Notes: generated by a model from the sequence alone, not told the origin. DNA of 60,339 nucleotides from Clostridia bacterium (GCA_045646985.1 JAZRLV010000037.1:1-60339); one strand, 5' to 3'; shown: positions 20,323 to 31,233, counted from the first letter of the stretch. A program made the numbers and translations.

Positions 20323-20875
20323 AGTCCTCTCCAGATAACCTAACTACTGTCATTGGGTGATTAAGATGCTTAATCAATTTTTCGAAAACATCCTCTGTTT
20401 TAATTTTCAGGCTGCTTGTATTTATACAAGGGTGACATCCTACATATTCGTCTTTTAAGATATCTTCGTCAACAAGCAAACGAACATGGTTTTGCGTGTC
20501 ATTCATCAAGCCCAGAACTGATACCGAGCCGGGTGTTATATCAAGAAATTCCTGCATATGGTCGGCATTTGCAAATGAAAGGCGTGCACTTCCTATCTGA
20601 CTTGACAGCTCCTTTGTTTTAAACACCTTATCTCCCGGTATCATTAATAAATAAAACTCTGTTTGCTGTCTGTTACAAAGAAACAAATTTTTACAAATCA
20701 TTGCACCAAGTGCTTTATCAATCTCCAGACATACTTCCATTGTTTCGGCAGCACTGTGGTCAACACGCTCGTACTCAATTCCGAGTGAGTCCAGTAAATC
20801 ATAGCATTTAATTTCTTTTTCCAAACGCCCTTGTGTATTTTCGGGTCTCCCTTTAAAAAGCTCAAGCATTTTCAC
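20321..20875 (-). CDS. Prolyl-tRNA synthetase-associated / YbaK-type aminoacyl-tRNA editing domain protein (ProX-like)
   Basis: The N-terminal pattern (LLDSLGIEYERVDH..A.TME.C), KNLFL and the C-terminal ..HP..N..S resemble ProX-type deacylases. Confidence 0.7.
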   Translation of the reverse strand: MKMLELFKGRPENTQGRLEKEIKCYDLLDSLGIEYERVDHSAAETMEVCLEIDKALGAMICKNLFLCNRQQTEFYLLMIPGDKVFKTKELSSQIGSARLSFANADHMQEFLDITPGSVSVLGLMNDTQNHVRLLVDEDILKDEYVGCHPCINTSSLKIKTEDVFEKLIKHLNHPMTVVRLSGED

Positions 20876-21025
20876 ACTCTCCTATTCCATTAGTGCACTA
20901 TTTCGTTATAATAGCACACTCCTTCCCCTATGTCAATACAAAAGTCTTTCGTCCCATTACTAAATTTGTACAGTTGTATCACAACAACTCACCATGATTT
21001 TTTCAATATTTCTGATATATTTGTA

Positions 21026-21054
21026 TTGACAAATCTTCGTAATATTAGTAAAAT
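21026..21054 (+). promoter_or_regulatory. Sigma-A promoter for the tRNA gene
   Basis: TTGACA (21026..21031), 17 nt, TAAAAT (21049..21054), about 15 nt before the tRNA 5' end. Confidence 0.5.
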
Positions 21055-21069
21055 ATAAAGGTCAGATAT

Positions 21070-21144
21070 GCTGGTGTGGCTCAAAGGTAGAGCAGCGGTA
21101 TCGTAAACCGCAGGTTGCAAGTTCGATTCTTGTCACCAGCTCCA
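21070..21144 (+). tRNA. tRNA-Thr (anticodon CGU), CCA encoded
   Basis: Hand-folded cloverleaf. Acceptor GCTGGTG/CACCAGC, D-arm GCTC-AAAGGTA-GAGC, anticodon arm GCGGT-ATCGTAA-ACCGC (U33, CGT at 34-36), and T-arm GCAAG-TTCGATT-CTTGT. Discriminator T followed by CCA. Confidence 0.9.
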
Positions 21145-21148
21145 AAAA

Positions 21149-21180
21149 ATGCGATGTAAAATTTTTTACATCGCATTTTT
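21149..21180. terminator. Bidirectional terminator (tRNA-Thr and the convergent alcohol dehydrogenase gene)
   Basis: ATGCGATGTAAAA / TTTTACATCGCAT stem flanked by A- and T-runs. Confidence 0.7.
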
Positions 21181-21208
21181 GCGTTCTCGACTTTCTTAAA
21201 ATCCGTTA

Positions 21209-22426
21209 TTAAAAATCAACCTCTGTGTCATAATAACAACACTTAAGCAGTTTTTCCATTTCCTCCACAGAAATCTTACGAGGATTGGAGCCTGTGCAAG
21301 CATCAGCAACAGCATTTTTAGCAATTTCGGGAAGTCTTTCCAAGAATACTTCTTCAGGAACAAATCCCATTTCACAAGGATAGCTGTCTGCACCGTAGTT
21401 CTTGATGCACTGAGGAATATTAAGAGCATCATTCATATTACGAAGATATGCAATAAGGCTTGCAACCTTTTCATCGTCGTTCGAGCCTTCAAGTCCCATA
21501 TAATCAGCTATAGCACCGTAACGCTTCTTAGCCGTTTCATCCTTTGCATTAAATGCGATAACCTTAGGAAGATACATAGCATTTGCTGCACCATGAATAA
21601 TATGTGCGCCGAAATCTTCAAAAATAGCACCTGTCTTATGCGCCATTGAGTGAACTATACCCAAAAGTGCATTTGAAAATGCCATGCCTGCAAGGCACTG
21701 CGCATTATGCATAGAAGCTCTCTTTTCCATATCTCCGTTATAAGAATCAACAAGGTCAGACTGAATCATCTTAATTGCAAAGATAGCAAGAGGGTCTGTA
21801 AAATCACAGTTAGCAGTTGAAACATAAGCTTCTATTGCATGTGTCATAGCATCCATACCTGTATGTGCGGTAAGCTTCTGTGGCATTGTTTCTGCAAGTT
21901 CAGGATCAACAATAGCAACATCAGGGGTGATTTCAAAGTCAGCAAGAGGATATTTTATACCTTTTTCGTAGTCTGTAATTACCGAGAAAGCTGTAACCTC
22001 TGTAGCTGTACCGGATGTTGAAGGAATTGCACAGAAACGAGCCTTCTTGCGAAGCTCGGGAATACCAAACACTACGCACATTTCTTCAAAAGTAATTTCA
22101 GGATATTCATACTTTATCCACATTGCTTTCGCAGCATCAATAGGCGAACCTCCGCCGATTGCAACAATCCAGTCAGGTTGAAATTTCTGCATTGCTTCAG
22201 CACCACGCATAACAGTATCAACTGAAGGATCGGGCTCTATACCTTCAAAAATTTCTACTTCCATTCCTGCTTCTTTAAGATAAGCAGTTACTTTATCAAG
22301 GAAACCGAAGCGTTTCATTGAACCGCCACCAACGCAAACCATTGCTTTTGTTCCCTTAAGTGATTTCAACGCTTCCAAAGCGCCCTTTCCATGATATAAA
22401 TCACGAGGTAATGTAAAACGTGCCAT
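21209..22426 (-). CDS. Iron-containing (group III) alcohol dehydrogenase
   Basis: GGGS..D.AK, the metal-binding His cluster (HAIEAY..., HSMAH, HG.ANA) and a size of 405 aa. Confidence 0.9.
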   Translation of the reverse strand: MARFTLPRDLYHGKGALEALKSLKGTKAMVCVGGGSMKRFGFLDKVTAYLKEAGMEVEIFEGIEPDPSVDTVMRGAEAMQKFQPDWIVAIGGGSPIDAAKAMWIKYEYPEITFEEMCVVFGIPELRKKARFCAIPSTSGTATEVTAFSVITDYEKGIKYPLADFEITPDVAIVDPELAETMPQKLTAHTGMDAMTHAIEAYVSTANCDFTDPLAIFAIKMIQSDLVDSYNGDMEKRASMHNAQCLAGMAFSNALLGIVHSMAHKTGAIFEDFGAHIIHGAANAMYLPKVIAFNAKDETAKKRYGAIADYMGLEGSNDDEKVASLIAYLRNMNDALNIPQCIKNYGADSYPCEMGFVPEEVFLERLPEIAKNAVADACTGSNPRKISVEEMEKLLKCCYYDTEVDF

Positions 22427-22476
22427 AATAAACGCTCCTTTATATAAGTCAAATTTTTAGTTGTGTTAAGTTTTTG

Positions 22477-23319
22477 TTATTCTATAACTATAGTTTTTCC
22501 CGACTCTACACAGTATGTATTTCCGTTATCAAAAATCCACACATCTATTAAAGAGGGGTTATAAATCATTTTGCCGTCGGCAGAGGTCTGAAGATTATTA
22601 TATGCTTCAATATAATCATAGATTTCAATGTTGGTTGCGTACCAGATATCTTCCTTTCCGCCTGTTTTCTGTGCAAAATTCTCAATTACATTCCAGTTGT
22701 TGTCAGCATCAAATTCGTAGCTATGTCCCCACAGATAGAAAAGCCAGGGGTGGCGTGCGGGAGTGTCCTTTACAAACTTGTCTGCAAGCTCACAGAGGTG
22801 TTCATTATTGTGGTGGCACGTCGCAGGAAGCCTTAGCCAATCCTGTGGCAAATCAAACTTTTCCGTTGACACGACAGTTCTTGCATACTTAATCTGACAA
22901 AGCTTTAATATTTCAACCACTGTGTCGCTTGTTGTACCAAAAGGATATGCACAGCCACGAATGATTGTGCCAAACATATTTTCAAGAGCTTTTCTGTCCT
23001 CGATTATTTCGTATACTGCATGATTGCTCGCAAGCTTATCAAGATATGGATGTGTATATCCGTGAATTGCAACCTCGTGCCCCGAATTTTTGTAGAGCTT
23101 CAGAGCCTGCGACGCAGTCATAAGTCTGCCGAAAATCTGGTCATCCGGATAGGTTGTCCCCTCGGGCGCAAATCTGCCGCCTGTAAGGTTAAATGTACCC
23201 TTAAGACCATACTTATCCATAATTTCTATAAGGCGGATATCCTGATCTACTCCGTCGTCATAGCTCAGCGTAAGAGCCTTTGCCTTTCCGTCTTTAAATC
23301 TTAAAAAGCGCATACCCAT
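22477..23319 (-). CDS. Polysaccharide deacetylase (CE4) family protein
   Basis: LTLSYDDG (Asp-Asp motif) and HGYTHP. I prefer the start at MGMRFL (ATG 23319, GGGGG RBS). The longer ORF to 23457 would overlap pyrI. Confidence 0.8.
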   Translation of the reverse strand: MGMRFLRFKDGKAKALTLSYDDGVDQDIRLIEIMDKYGLKGTFNLTGGRFAPEGTTYPDDQIFGRLMTASQALKLYKNSGHEVAIHGYTHPYLDKLASNHAVYEIIEDRKALENMFGTIIRGCAYPFGTTSDTVVEILKLCQIKYARTVVSTEKFDLPQDWLRLPATCHHNNEHLCELADKFVKDTPARHPWLFYLWGHSYEFDADNNWNVIENFAQKTGGKEDIWYATNIEIYDYIEAYNNLQTSADGKMIYNPSLIDVWIFDNGNTYCVESGKTIVIE

Positions 23320-23332
23320 AATAATTGCCCCC

Positions 23333-23749
23333 TTACTTCGCTTTTGTTTCGCAGTAAATACATCTGTAAACCTTATTTTCACGGTCGGTAAGCTTAAATA
23401 CGTGGTCAATCTCCTGCTCGACAGATGTAATACATCTGGGGTTTTTACATTTTGCAATGTTTACAATTCTTTCAGGAAGTTCACAGTGTCTTTTATTAGT
23501 CTTTACACCGTTTTCAATAGTATTGATTGTAATACCGTTGTCAATGTAGCCGAGTGCTTCAAGGTCAACATCAAGCGCCTCGTCTATTTTTATAATGTCC
23601 TTCTTTCCCATTTTTTTGCTGTTGACGTTTTTTATAATAGCAACAGAGCATTCCAGAGAGTCAAGGTTAAGGAGCTTATATATTTCCATGCTTTTTCCCG
23701 CTTCAATATGGTCAATTACAATACCGTTTGTTATTTCATCTATATGCAT
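23333..23749 (-). CDS. pyrI: Aspartate carbamoyltransferase regulatory subunit
   Basis: IENGIVIDHI-type N-terminus and a C-terminal Zn cluster (CKNPRC...YRCIYCE). Confidence 0.93.
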   Translation of the reverse strand: MHIDEITNGIVIDHIEAGKSMEIYKLLNLDSLECSVAIIKNVNSKKMGKKDIIKIDEALDVDLEALGYIDNGITINTIENGVKTNKRHCELPERIVNIAKCKNPRCITSVEQEIDHVFKLTDRENKVYRCIYCETKAK

Positions 23750-23762
23750 ACTATTACCCCCT

Positions 23763-24686
23763 TTATTTAATACCGAGAAGCTTCATAATAAGTGCCATAC
23801 GAATGAATTTTCCGTTACGTGCCTGACGGAAATAACAAGCACGCTCATCATTATCCACTTCAACAGAAATTTCGTTTACTCTGGGAAGCGGATGCAGAAT
23901 GCGCATTGTTTCCTTTGCTTTTTCAAGCTTTGAGGGTGTAAGAATATAAGTATCCTTCAAACGTACATAGTCGGCTTCATTAAAGAAACGCTCCTTCTGC
24001 ACACGTGTCATATACAAAACGTCAAGCTTTTCCATTGCGTCTTCAAGGCTTTCTGTTTCTATAAATTCAACGTTTTTCTTAATAAGAACTTCATTTATAA
24101 GATATTCGGGGAGTCTTAACTCTTTAGGAGAAATCATTATAAATTTAACATTCTCATATCTTACCATTGCCTGAATAAGCGAATGAACAGTTCTACCGAA
24201 TTTAAGGTCGCCGCACAAGCCAATAGTAAGATTATCAAGTCTGCCGATTTCTCTTTTTATTGTAAGAAGGTCAGTAAGCGTCTGTGTAGGGTGATTATGT
24301 CCGCCGTCACCTGCATTTATGATAGGAATCTGTGTTTTCATTGAGGCAACAGTTGGCGCACCCTCTTTAGGATGACGCATTGCAATAATATCAGCATATG
24401 CCTCAACCGTTCTTACAGTATCTGACACACTTTCACCCTTTGCAGCAGAGCTTGACTGTGCTTCGGAAAATCCCAGAACATTTCCGCCCAACTCATACAT
24501 AGCAGCCTCAAAACTGAGTCTTGTACGTGTTGACGGCTCGAAGAAAAGTGTAGCAAGCTTTTTATATCTGCATTTTTCTCTGTAATTATCTGGATTTGCA
24601 ATTATATCATTAGCAACATCTATAAGTTCATCAATTTCATCTGTAGTCAAATCAAGTATATCAATAAGGTCTTTCACGGCTATCAT
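23763..24686 (-). CDS. pyrB: Aspartate carbamoyltransferase catalytic subunit
   Basis: [13 protein letters not shown] and HPLPR motifs. Confidence 0.95.
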   Translation of the reverse strand: MIAVKDLIDILDLTTDEIDELIDVANDIIANPDNYREKCRYKKLATLFFEPSTRTRLSFEAAMYELGGNVLGFSEAQSSSAAKGESVSDTVRTVEAYADIIAMRHPKEGAPTVASMKTQIPIINAGDGGHNHPTQTLTDLLTIKREIGRLDNLTIGLCGDLKFGRTVHSLIQAMVRYENVKFIMISPKELRLPEYLINEVLIKKNVEFIETESLEDAMEKLDVLYMTRVQKERFFNEADYVRLKDTYILTPSKLEKAKETMRILHPLPRVNEISVEVDNDERACYFRQARNGKFIRMALIMKLLGIK

Positions 24687-24703
24687 CCTTTCATATTGAT
24701 AAA

Positions 24704-25336
24704 TTATTTCTGTATCCAGCTTTCATCAGAAGGATTGTTACGGAAACGGATAAGTCTTTCCTTATCCTCTGCCTTGATATAGTTTTCATTTGCCGCAACG
24801 GAAACTATTGTATCAAAGTCAGTAAGGCTGATATTCTTTACATTTGCCTCTGCCAGTCTGTCAAGTCCCTTTTTCTTACCATAGGTAAAGATTGACGCAA
24901 CTCTCAGTACTTCTGCTCCAGCACTGCGAAGTGCATCTACAAACTCAATAACGCTGCCGCCTGTTGAGATAAGGTCCTCAATAACAACAACCTTGTCGCC
25001 CTTTTCAAGCTTTCCTTCAATCTGATTCTGTCTGCCGTGATCCTTTGCGCCGCTGCGTACGTAACCCATAGGCATATCAAGAAGATGTGCTGTGATTGCA
25101 GCGTGTGCAATACCTGCTGTTGATGTACCCATAAGCACCTGCGCCTCGGGATAATATGTCTTTACAACTTCTGCAAGACTTTTTTCTACATCAGTTCTTA
25201 CTTTGGGTGCTGTAAGTGTAAGACGGTTATCACAGTAAATAGGGCTTTTTATACCGCTTGCCCATGTAAAAGGCTCATCAGGGCTTAAAAACACTGCCTT
25301 AATCTCGAGTAAATCCTTTGCAATCAATTCTTTCAT
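24704..25336 (-). CDS. pyrE: Orotate phosphoribosyltransferase
   Basis: PRPP-binding [13 protein letters not shown] motif and position in the pyr operon. Confidence 0.93.
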   Translation of the reverse strand: MKELIAKDLLEIKAVFLSPDEPFTWASGIKSPIYCDNRLTLTAPKVRTDVEKSLAEVVKTYYPEAQVLMGTSTAGIAHAAITAHLLDMPMGYVRSGAKDHGRQNQIEGKLEKGDKVVVIEDLISTGGSVIEFVDALRSAGAEVLRVASIFTYGKKKGLDRLAEANVKNISLTDFDTIVSVAANENYIKAEDKERLIRFRNNPSDESWIQK

Positions 25337-25349
25337 AATCTTTTTCTCC

Positions 25350-26048
25350 TTAATCTACAAATTCTTTTATACATCTTTCATATGCCGCCACAGGGTCATC
25401 TGCCGCTGTAATCGGACGACCTACAACAATATAATCAGAGCCTTGCGCCTTAGCCTTTTCAGGTGTCATAATTCTTACCTGGTCATCTGCTGCACTGTCT
25501 GCAAAACGGATACCCGGGGTTACAGTTACAAAGCTCTTCCCGCAAACCTCTTTAACTCTTGATGCCTCGTGAGGTGAGCATACTACGCCGTCAAGACCGC
25601 TTTCTGCCGCACATAATGCATAGTGCTCAACCACCTTTGCAAGAGGTGCGTCAATAAGAAGGTCATTCTTCATGCGCTCCTCACTGGTTGATGTCAGCTG
25701 TGTCACAGCAATAAGAATGGGACGGGTTCCGTCCTCACGGGTGAGTCCCTCTATAGCCGCTTTCATCATTTCCTTTGTTCCGAATGCGTGAAGATTTGTC
25801 ATATCAACATCTAAGGAAGAAAGTACCTTCATAGATTTTTTTACAGTGTTTGGAATATCGCAAAGCTTTAAATCAAGGAATATCTTATGTCCTCTGTCCT
25901 TAACAGCCTTTACGATTGCAGGCCCCTCTGCATAAAAAAGCTCCATACCTATTTTTACAAAAGGCTTTCTGCCCGAAAACTTGTCAAGAAACTCCAAAAG
26001 AGCTTCCTTTGACGAAAAATCACACGCTACAATTACATCCTTACCCAT
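25350..26048 (-). CDS. pyrF: Orotidine 5'-phosphate decarboxylase
   Basis: VACD..., [12 protein letters not shown] and VVGRPI motifs. Confidence 0.93.
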   Translation of the reverse strand: MGKDVIVACDFSSKEALLEFLDKFSGRKPFVKIGMELFYAEGPAIVKAVKDRGHKIFLDLKLCDIPNTVKKSMKVLSSLDVDMTNLHAFGTKEMMKAAIEGLTREDGTRPILIAVTQLTSTSEERMKNDLLIDAPLAKVVEHYALCAAESGLDGVVCSPHEASRVKEVCGKSFVTVTPGIRFADSAADDQVRIMTPEKAKAQGSDYIVVGRPITAADDPVAAYERCIKEFVD

Positions 26049-26959
26049 TAGTGAGCACCTCCGATTATACTTTCTAAACTATCTATTTTATATTTTTCCA
26101 TTGCCGCAGGGAGATTTTCTATAATATTCTTACAAGCATACGGCTCTATAAGATTTGCCGCACCTACCTCTACGGCGGTTGCCCCTGCAAGCATCATTTC
26201 AATAACATCCTCTGCTGTTGAAATTCCGCCCATACCGATTATGGGAATATTGACAGCCTCATACACCTTATAAACCATTGCAAGCGCTACAGGGAAAATC
26301 GCATTTCCTGAAAATCCGCCTGCCTTGTTTGCAAGGATTGGCTTTCTGTTTTTAAGATTTATGCGCATACCCAAAAGGGTGTTTATCATTGAAATTCCGT
26401 CTGCGCCGGCTTCCTCACACGCTTTTGCGATTGTGGCAATGTCCGTCACATTCGGGGAAAGCTTCATATAAACAGGCTTTGTAGTTACACTCTTTACAGC
26501 ACGGGTTATTTCCGCCGCACTTTCAGGACTTGTACCAAAGCTCATTCCGCCGTGCTTTACATTAGGGCAGCTTATGTTTACCTCAAGGATTCCCACCTCG
26601 TCCTGCTTGTCCATTTTTTCACAGGTATAAACGTAATCCTCCAATGAAAATCCGCTGACGTTTGCAACGGCTTTTTTGCTGAAACATTTACGCAGTTTTG
26701 GAAGCTCTTCTTCAATAACTCTGTCAACACCGGGATTCTGAAGTCCCACAGAGTTTAGCATACCGCTTGAGCATTCTGCAATTCTCGGAAGAGGATTTCC
26801 GTATCGTGTCTCCTTAGTTGTTCCCTTTAAAGAAATACTTCCAAGAATATTTATATCATAATACTCTGCAAACTCATAACCAAATCCAAACGTACCGCTT
26901 GCGGGAATTATCGGATTATCGAGCGTAAGTCCGCTTAAATTAACGCTTAATCTGCCCAT
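26048..26959 (-). CDS. pyrD: Dihydroorotate dehydrogenase 1B, catalytic subunit
   Basis: [24 protein letters not shown] and GMGGI motifs. Paired with pyrK. Confidence 0.93.
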   Translation of the reverse strand: MGRLSVNLSGLTLDNPIIPASGTFGFGYEFAEYYDINILGSISLKGTTKETRYGNPLPRIAECSSGMLNSVGLQNPGVDRVIEEELPKLRKCFSKKAVANVSGFSLEDYVYTCEKMDKQDEVGILEVNISCPNVKHGGMSFGTSPESAAEITRAVKSVTTKPVYMKLSPNVTDIATIAKACEEAGADGISMINTLLGMRINLKNRKPILANKAGGFSGNAIFPVALAMVYKVYEAVNIPIIGMGGISTAEDVIEMMLAGATAVEVGAANLIEPYACKNIIENLPAAMEKYKIDSLESIIGGAH

Positions 26960-27684
26960 TTTACTTCCTCCTTAACAAGAACGGGGCCGTCCTTACAGAT
27001 TCGTTTGTTTCCGTAGAGTGTTTCACAGGTACAGCCCATACAAGCGCCAAAGCCACAGCCCATTCTCGCCTCAAAGCTTAACTGACCGCTTGTTTTTGTA
27101 TTGTTATAGATTGCTTTGAGCATCGGCTCGGGTCCACAGGTGAAGAAGTATGTATAATCAATGCCCTCTAATGCATCTGTAACAAAGCCCTTTATACCAT
27201 AGCTGCCATCAGCTGTAGTCACAATCGTATTAATTCCTAAATCAGAAAACTCCTTTTCATAAAAAACCTCGGATTTTGTATTAAATCCCAGTATGACTGT
27301 CGGTTTCTTACCTTGTGCAATCAAATCCTTTGCAAGTAAATACATGGGGGGAACACCTGCGCCTCCACCTATAAGAAGCGGACTATCCCCACTTTGTGAA
27401 AGGTCATAGCCGTTTCCAAGCCCTGTAAGTATATCAAGCTTTTCCCCGTCTTTCATTTGAGCCATAACCTCTGTGCCGTGACCGACAACCTTGTATATTA
27501 TAACAAGCTCGTTTTCCATTCTGTCGCACACTGAAATCGGTCTGCGCAGAAAAAAGCCGTCAAGCTTGATATTTACAAACTGTCCCGGTTTTGCAATGTG
27601 GGAGCAATCTCCCCCAAGCACCATTTCATATGTATTATCTGCAATGCACTTGTTTGAAATTATTTCAAATATACTCTGCTTCAT
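26947..27684 (-). CDS. pyrK: Dihydroorotate dehydrogenase 1B electron-transfer subunit
   Basis: FAD/NAD-binding fold and the C-terminal 2Fe-2S cluster CG.G.C..C. An ATGA overlap with the pyrC stop places the start at 27684. Confidence 0.9.
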   Translation of the reverse strand: MKQSIFEIISNKCIADNTYEMVLGGDCSHIAKPGQFVNIKLDGFFLRRPISVCDRMENELVIIYKVVGHGTEVMAQMKDGEKLDILTGLGNGYDLSQSGDSPLLIGGGAGVPPMYLLAKDLIAQGKKPTVILGFNTKSEVFYEKEFSDLGINTIVTTADGSYGIKGFVTDALEGIDYTYFFTCGPEPMLKAIYNNTKTSGQLSFEARMGCGFGACMGCTCETLYGNKRICKDGPVLVKEEVKWAD

Positions 27685-28943
27685 ATTTCCCTCCATACAA
27701 TTTCGCCGTTTGCCATAGTCATTTTACATCTGCCGTATAGCTTTTCTCCCTCAAAAGGAGTGCTTTTTCCCATTGAGAGGAATTCATTAACATCTACATT
27801 GTAGCTTTCTTCAAGATTAAATACTGTAAAATCCGCCTTTTCGCCTACTGCAATTTTTCCCTTTCCAAGATTGAATCTCTGTCTTGGATTTTCGCACAAA
27901 AGTCTTACAAGCTTTTCAAGCGTCATTTTCCCCGTTTTTACAAAATGCGTATACATAAGAGAAAATGCCGTTTCTATCCCTACAATTCCCATCATGCTTT
28001 TTTCAAGACCTTTGCCCTTTTCCTCAGCACTGTGGGGTGCATGGTCCGTTGCTATCATATCAATCGTACCGTCAAGCACTGCCTCAATAAGTGCCTCTCT
28101 ATCCTCCGTGTTTCCAAGCGGCGGATTCATTTTAAATCTGCCATGCTCCTGTAAATCATTTTCCGTAAGTATCAGATAATGTGGCGCAGTCTCCGCAGTT
28201 ATATTAACTCCGTCTTTTTTCGCCTGTCTGATAAGAGCAACGCTTTCCTTTGTAGAAACATGGCATATATGATACGGACAGTGCGTTTCCTTTGCAAGGG
28301 CAATATCACGCTCAACCATTTTCCATTCACTCTCGGGCACAATTCCACGATGTCCGTGTGCCTTACTATAAATCCCCTCACGGATATAGCCACCCATAAG
28401 TAAATCATTTACCTCGCAATGTGCAGCAATAATGCCGTTACACTTTTTAACCCTTTCCATAGCAGTGCGCATCATATCCTCATTCTGCATTCCACGTCCG
28501 TCATCTGAAAAACCGACTGCTTTAGCACTAAGCCCCTCAATATCGGAAAGCTCCTCCCCTTTTTCTCCAACAGAAAGCGAGCCGTAGGGATGTACGCCTA
28601 TGCATGCATCTCTTTCTATTATTTCAAGCTGTATGTTAAGGTTTTCAACACTGTCAGGCACAGGGTTAAGATTTGGCATAGAGCACACGTCTGTATATCC
28701 GCCTCGTGCACATGCCATTGTGCCGCTTTTAATTGTTTCTTTATACGAAAAACCCGGCTCTCGCAAATGCACATGCACATCTGCAAAACCGGGAAATATA
28801 TAACAATTATTAAAATCAAAAACCTCGGCATCGGAACACTCGCCCTTACCGATAGAAACAACTATCCCGTTGTCCAGTAACAAATCAGCTTTTACAAATT
28901 CATTTTCAATCAAAACATTTGCATTTTTTATTACCTGTAGCAT
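27681..28943 (-). CDS. pyrC: Dihydroorotase
   Basis: DVHVHLREPG, DHAPH and the general amidohydrolase pattern. First gene of the pyr operon here. Confidence 0.93.
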   Translation of the reverse strand: MLQVIKNANVLIENEFVKADLLLDNGIVVSIGKGECSDAEVFDFNNCYIFPGFADVHVHLREPGFSYKETIKSGTMACARGGYTDVCSMPNLNPVPDSVENLNIQLEIIERDACIGVHPYGSLSVGEKGEELSDIEGLSAKAVGFSDDGRGMQNEDMMRTAMERVKKCNGIIAAHCEVNDLLMGGYIREGIYSKAHGHRGIVPESEWKMVERDIALAKETHCPYHICHVSTKESVALIRQAKKDGVNITAETAPHYLILTENDLQEHGRFKMNPPLGNTEDREALIEAVLDGTIDMIATDHAPHSAEEKGKGLEKSMMGIVGIETAFSLMYTHFVKTGKMTLEKLVRLLCENPRQRFNLGKGKIAVGEKADFTVFNLEESYNVDVNEFLSMGKSTPFEGEKLYGRCKMTMANGEIVWREI

Positions 28944-28973
28944 GTTATCCTCCTGTAAATTCTGACTCTAGTT

Positions 28974-29055
28974 ATTATATCATATCATGAAAAAAGTGTC
29001 AATTAAAATTATTCATTATATTTTAATTGACACTTTTTGCCCAAAGTGATATAAT
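28974..29055. promoter_or_regulatory. Mirror-image divergent consensus promoters built into a 19-bp perfect inverted repeat
   Basis: The arms AAAAAGTGTCAATTAAAAT (28991..29009) and ATTTTAATTGACACTTTTT (29020..29038) each carry a TTGACA. Each TTGACA is followed, after 17 nt, by TATAAT: 28979..28974 on the minus strand towards pyrC and 29050..29055 on the plus strand towards the transporter. Confidence 0.6.
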
Positions 29056-29090
29056 CTTCCCGTTTGATATTTAAAAAAGGAGGCAAAAGA

Positions 29091-30191
29091 ATGAATATAG
29101 CTAAGTTCATACGGCAAAATATTGTGCTTGCAGTTGCATTCTTTGCGGCGCTTTTAACAAGCATCATTGTGCCCCCTGACAAGGAATATCTTACTTATTT
29201 TGATTTTAAAACACTTACCTGTCTTTTTTGTGTGTTGGCAGTTGTATGTGCACTGAAAAATATTAACTTCTTTTACATACTTGCACAAAAAATTGTGCGC
29301 CGCTTTAAGACCACACGTGCATGTATTATTGCACTGGTTTATATTACTTTCATCGGCTCAATGCTGATTGCAAATGATATGGCACTTCTCACATTTTTAC
29401 CGCTTGGTTATTTTGTACTTTCATCTACCAATAAGCATAAATATATGTGCTTTACCTTTATAATGCAAAACATTGCCGCAAACTTAGGCGGTATGCTTAC
29501 ACCTTTCGGCAATCCGCAAAACTTATATCTTTACACAAAATTTAATATACCTACAGGTGAATTTATATCCATAATGGCACCGCCGTTTTTAATATCAATC
29601 AGCATAATTACAATCTGCTGTATGTTTGTGAAATCTGAAATGCTTGAGCTTGATGCTGTCTCTCGTTGGGAATCTAAAAAGCGTATCGGAATTTATCTTT
29701 TGCTTTTCACTCTCTCAATCGCAATAGTGTTCCGCACAATTCCTTATCTTTGGGGACTTGCCATAATTCCCGCTGCGCTTTTAGTGCTTGATCGAAAAGC
29801 TTTAAAAATGGTGGACTATCCCCTGCTCCTGACGTTTGTATTTTTCTTTATCTTTGCAGGTAATATGTCAAGGATTGAGATTGTGCAAAAGCTTTTTTCT
29901 TTTCTGCTTAATAAAAGTACGCTTCTCTTTTCCGTACTTTCCTGTCAGCTTATAAGTAACGTTCCGTCTGCAATTCTTCTTTCACGCTTTACACAAAATT
30001 ATGCAGATTTGCTTATCGGTGTAAATATCGGCGGCGTAGGCACACTTATTGCATCATTGGCAAGTCTTATTACATTTCGTGAGTACGTTAAATATAACCC
30101 GAAGAAAACACTCTATTACATTGGAATGTTTTCTGCATTCAATTTTGGTTTTCTGATTCTTCTGACCTGTTCGCATCTTATATTGCATTAA
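29091..30191 (+). CDS. ArsB/NhaD/citrate-transporter superfamily anion permease
   Basis: Polytopic membrane protein with GNPQN and similar CitMHS/ArsB-like motifs. ATG 29091 is preceded by AAGGAGG. Confidence 0.65.
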   Translation: MNIAKFIRQNIVLAVAFFAALLTSIIVPPDKEYLTYFDFKTLTCLFCVLAVVCALKNINFFYILAQKIVRRFKTTRACIIALVYITFIGSMLIANDMALLTFLPLGYFVLSSTNKHKYMCFTFIMQNIAANLGGMLTPFGNPQNLYLYTKFNIPTGEFISIMAPPFLISISIITICCMFVKSEMLELDAVSRWESKKRIGIYLLLFTLSIAIVFRTIPYLWGLAIIPAALLVLDRKALKMVDYPLLLTFVFFFIFAGNMSRIEIVQKLFSFLLNKSTLLFSVLSCQLISNVPSAILLSRFTQNYADLLIGVNIGGVGTLIASLASLITFREYVKYNPKKTLYYIGMFSAFNFGFLILLTCSHLILH

Positions 30192-30217
30192 AAAAGTGTG
30201 ATGTTAGTCACACTTTT

Positions 30218-30526
30218 TTAATGCAATAATTCAATTATAAATGCCGCCAGAGCCGCCCCTATCGCAACCGTCAGAAGGCTTTTTTTATTATATGAAAGAA
30301 TCAGTGCAGCTAGGCATCCTGCTACAGAGGCAGCATATGAACCGGTGCTTGTGAATACTGCCGGAAAGGTCATTGTCGCAAGCACAGTATACGGAACATA
30401 ATACAAAAATGACCTTACCCATTTATTTGTTATTTTTTTGCGGAAAATTACCATAGGCACAGCACGTATAAGATAAGTCACCGTTGCCATTACCGCTATA
30501 CCCATAATTATATATGTATTTTTCAT
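30218..30526 (-). CDS. azlD: Branched-chain amino acid transport protein AzlD
   Basis: Membrane protein of about 100 aa, 4-nt overlap with azlC, and an AzlD-like R..P motif. Confidence 0.8.
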   Translation of the reverse strand: MKNTYIIMGIAVMATVTYLIRAVPMVIFRKKITNKWVRSFLYYVPYTVLATMTFPAVFTSTGSYAASVAGCLAALILSYNKKSLLTVAIGAALAAFIIELLH

Positions 30527-31233
30527 ACTTCCTCCCCATCTTCCTCAACAGGAAACAAGCTCGCCGCAAGCGCACTCACCGCCAGTGTAATTATTATAAT
30601 TGTCCACCCGCTTGAAATATTCCTTAAAATCGGAGCATATGTAAATATACAGCTTGCCGCAACTGCCATAATAACAGTTATCATAATCTTTTTATTTTCC
30701 CGTGCAGGCGGCAGTATAATCGCAATAAACATCGCATACAACGCAATTCCCAGTGCCGAGCTTAGCGAGGCAGGCATAACAGAGGTAGCAAGTGCACCGA
30801 CTATTGTACCGCTTGTCCAGCCGATTGGCGGAGTAAGCATCAATCCTGCAAGATATGATGCAGTCAGCTTATTTTTCCGCTGCATTGAAACTGCAAAAAC
30901 TTCATCAGTTATTGCAAAAGAAAGTGCAAACCGCTGCGCAAGCGTCATAGAAGAGTCAACCTTCTGCGAAATAGCGAGCGACATTAAGAAATAACGCATA
31001 TTTATAATAAGTGTCGTTATTGCAAGCTCAACAAGGCTTCCTAATGCAAGGAGCACATTAACCCCTGCAAACTGCCCTGCACTTGTAAGATTTGTAAGTG
31101 AAATAAGGACCGCCGACCATGCCGGCAGTCCTGATAAAACACTGGTCAATCCAAAAGCCATTGATACCGAAAAATATCCCAGACAAATGGGAATACCATC
31201 ACGTATTCCTTCAAAAAAATCTTTCTTTCTCAT
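30523..31233 (-). CDS. azlC: Branched-chain amino acid permease AzlC
   Basis: GIPI..GY...S.AFG...., the SLTNLTSAGQF motif and a size of 236 aa. Confidence 0.85.
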   Translation of the reverse strand: MRKKDFFEGIRDGIPICLGYFSVSMAFGLTSVLSGLPAWSAVLISLTNLTSAGQFAGVNVLLALGSLVELAITTLIINMRYFLMSLAISQKVDSSMTLAQRFALSFAITDEVFAVSMQRKNKLTASYLAGLMLTPPIGWTSGTIVGALATSVMPASLSSALGIALYAMFIAIILPPARENKKIMITVIMAVAASCIFTYAPILRNISSGWTIIIITLAVSALAASLFPVEEDGEEV

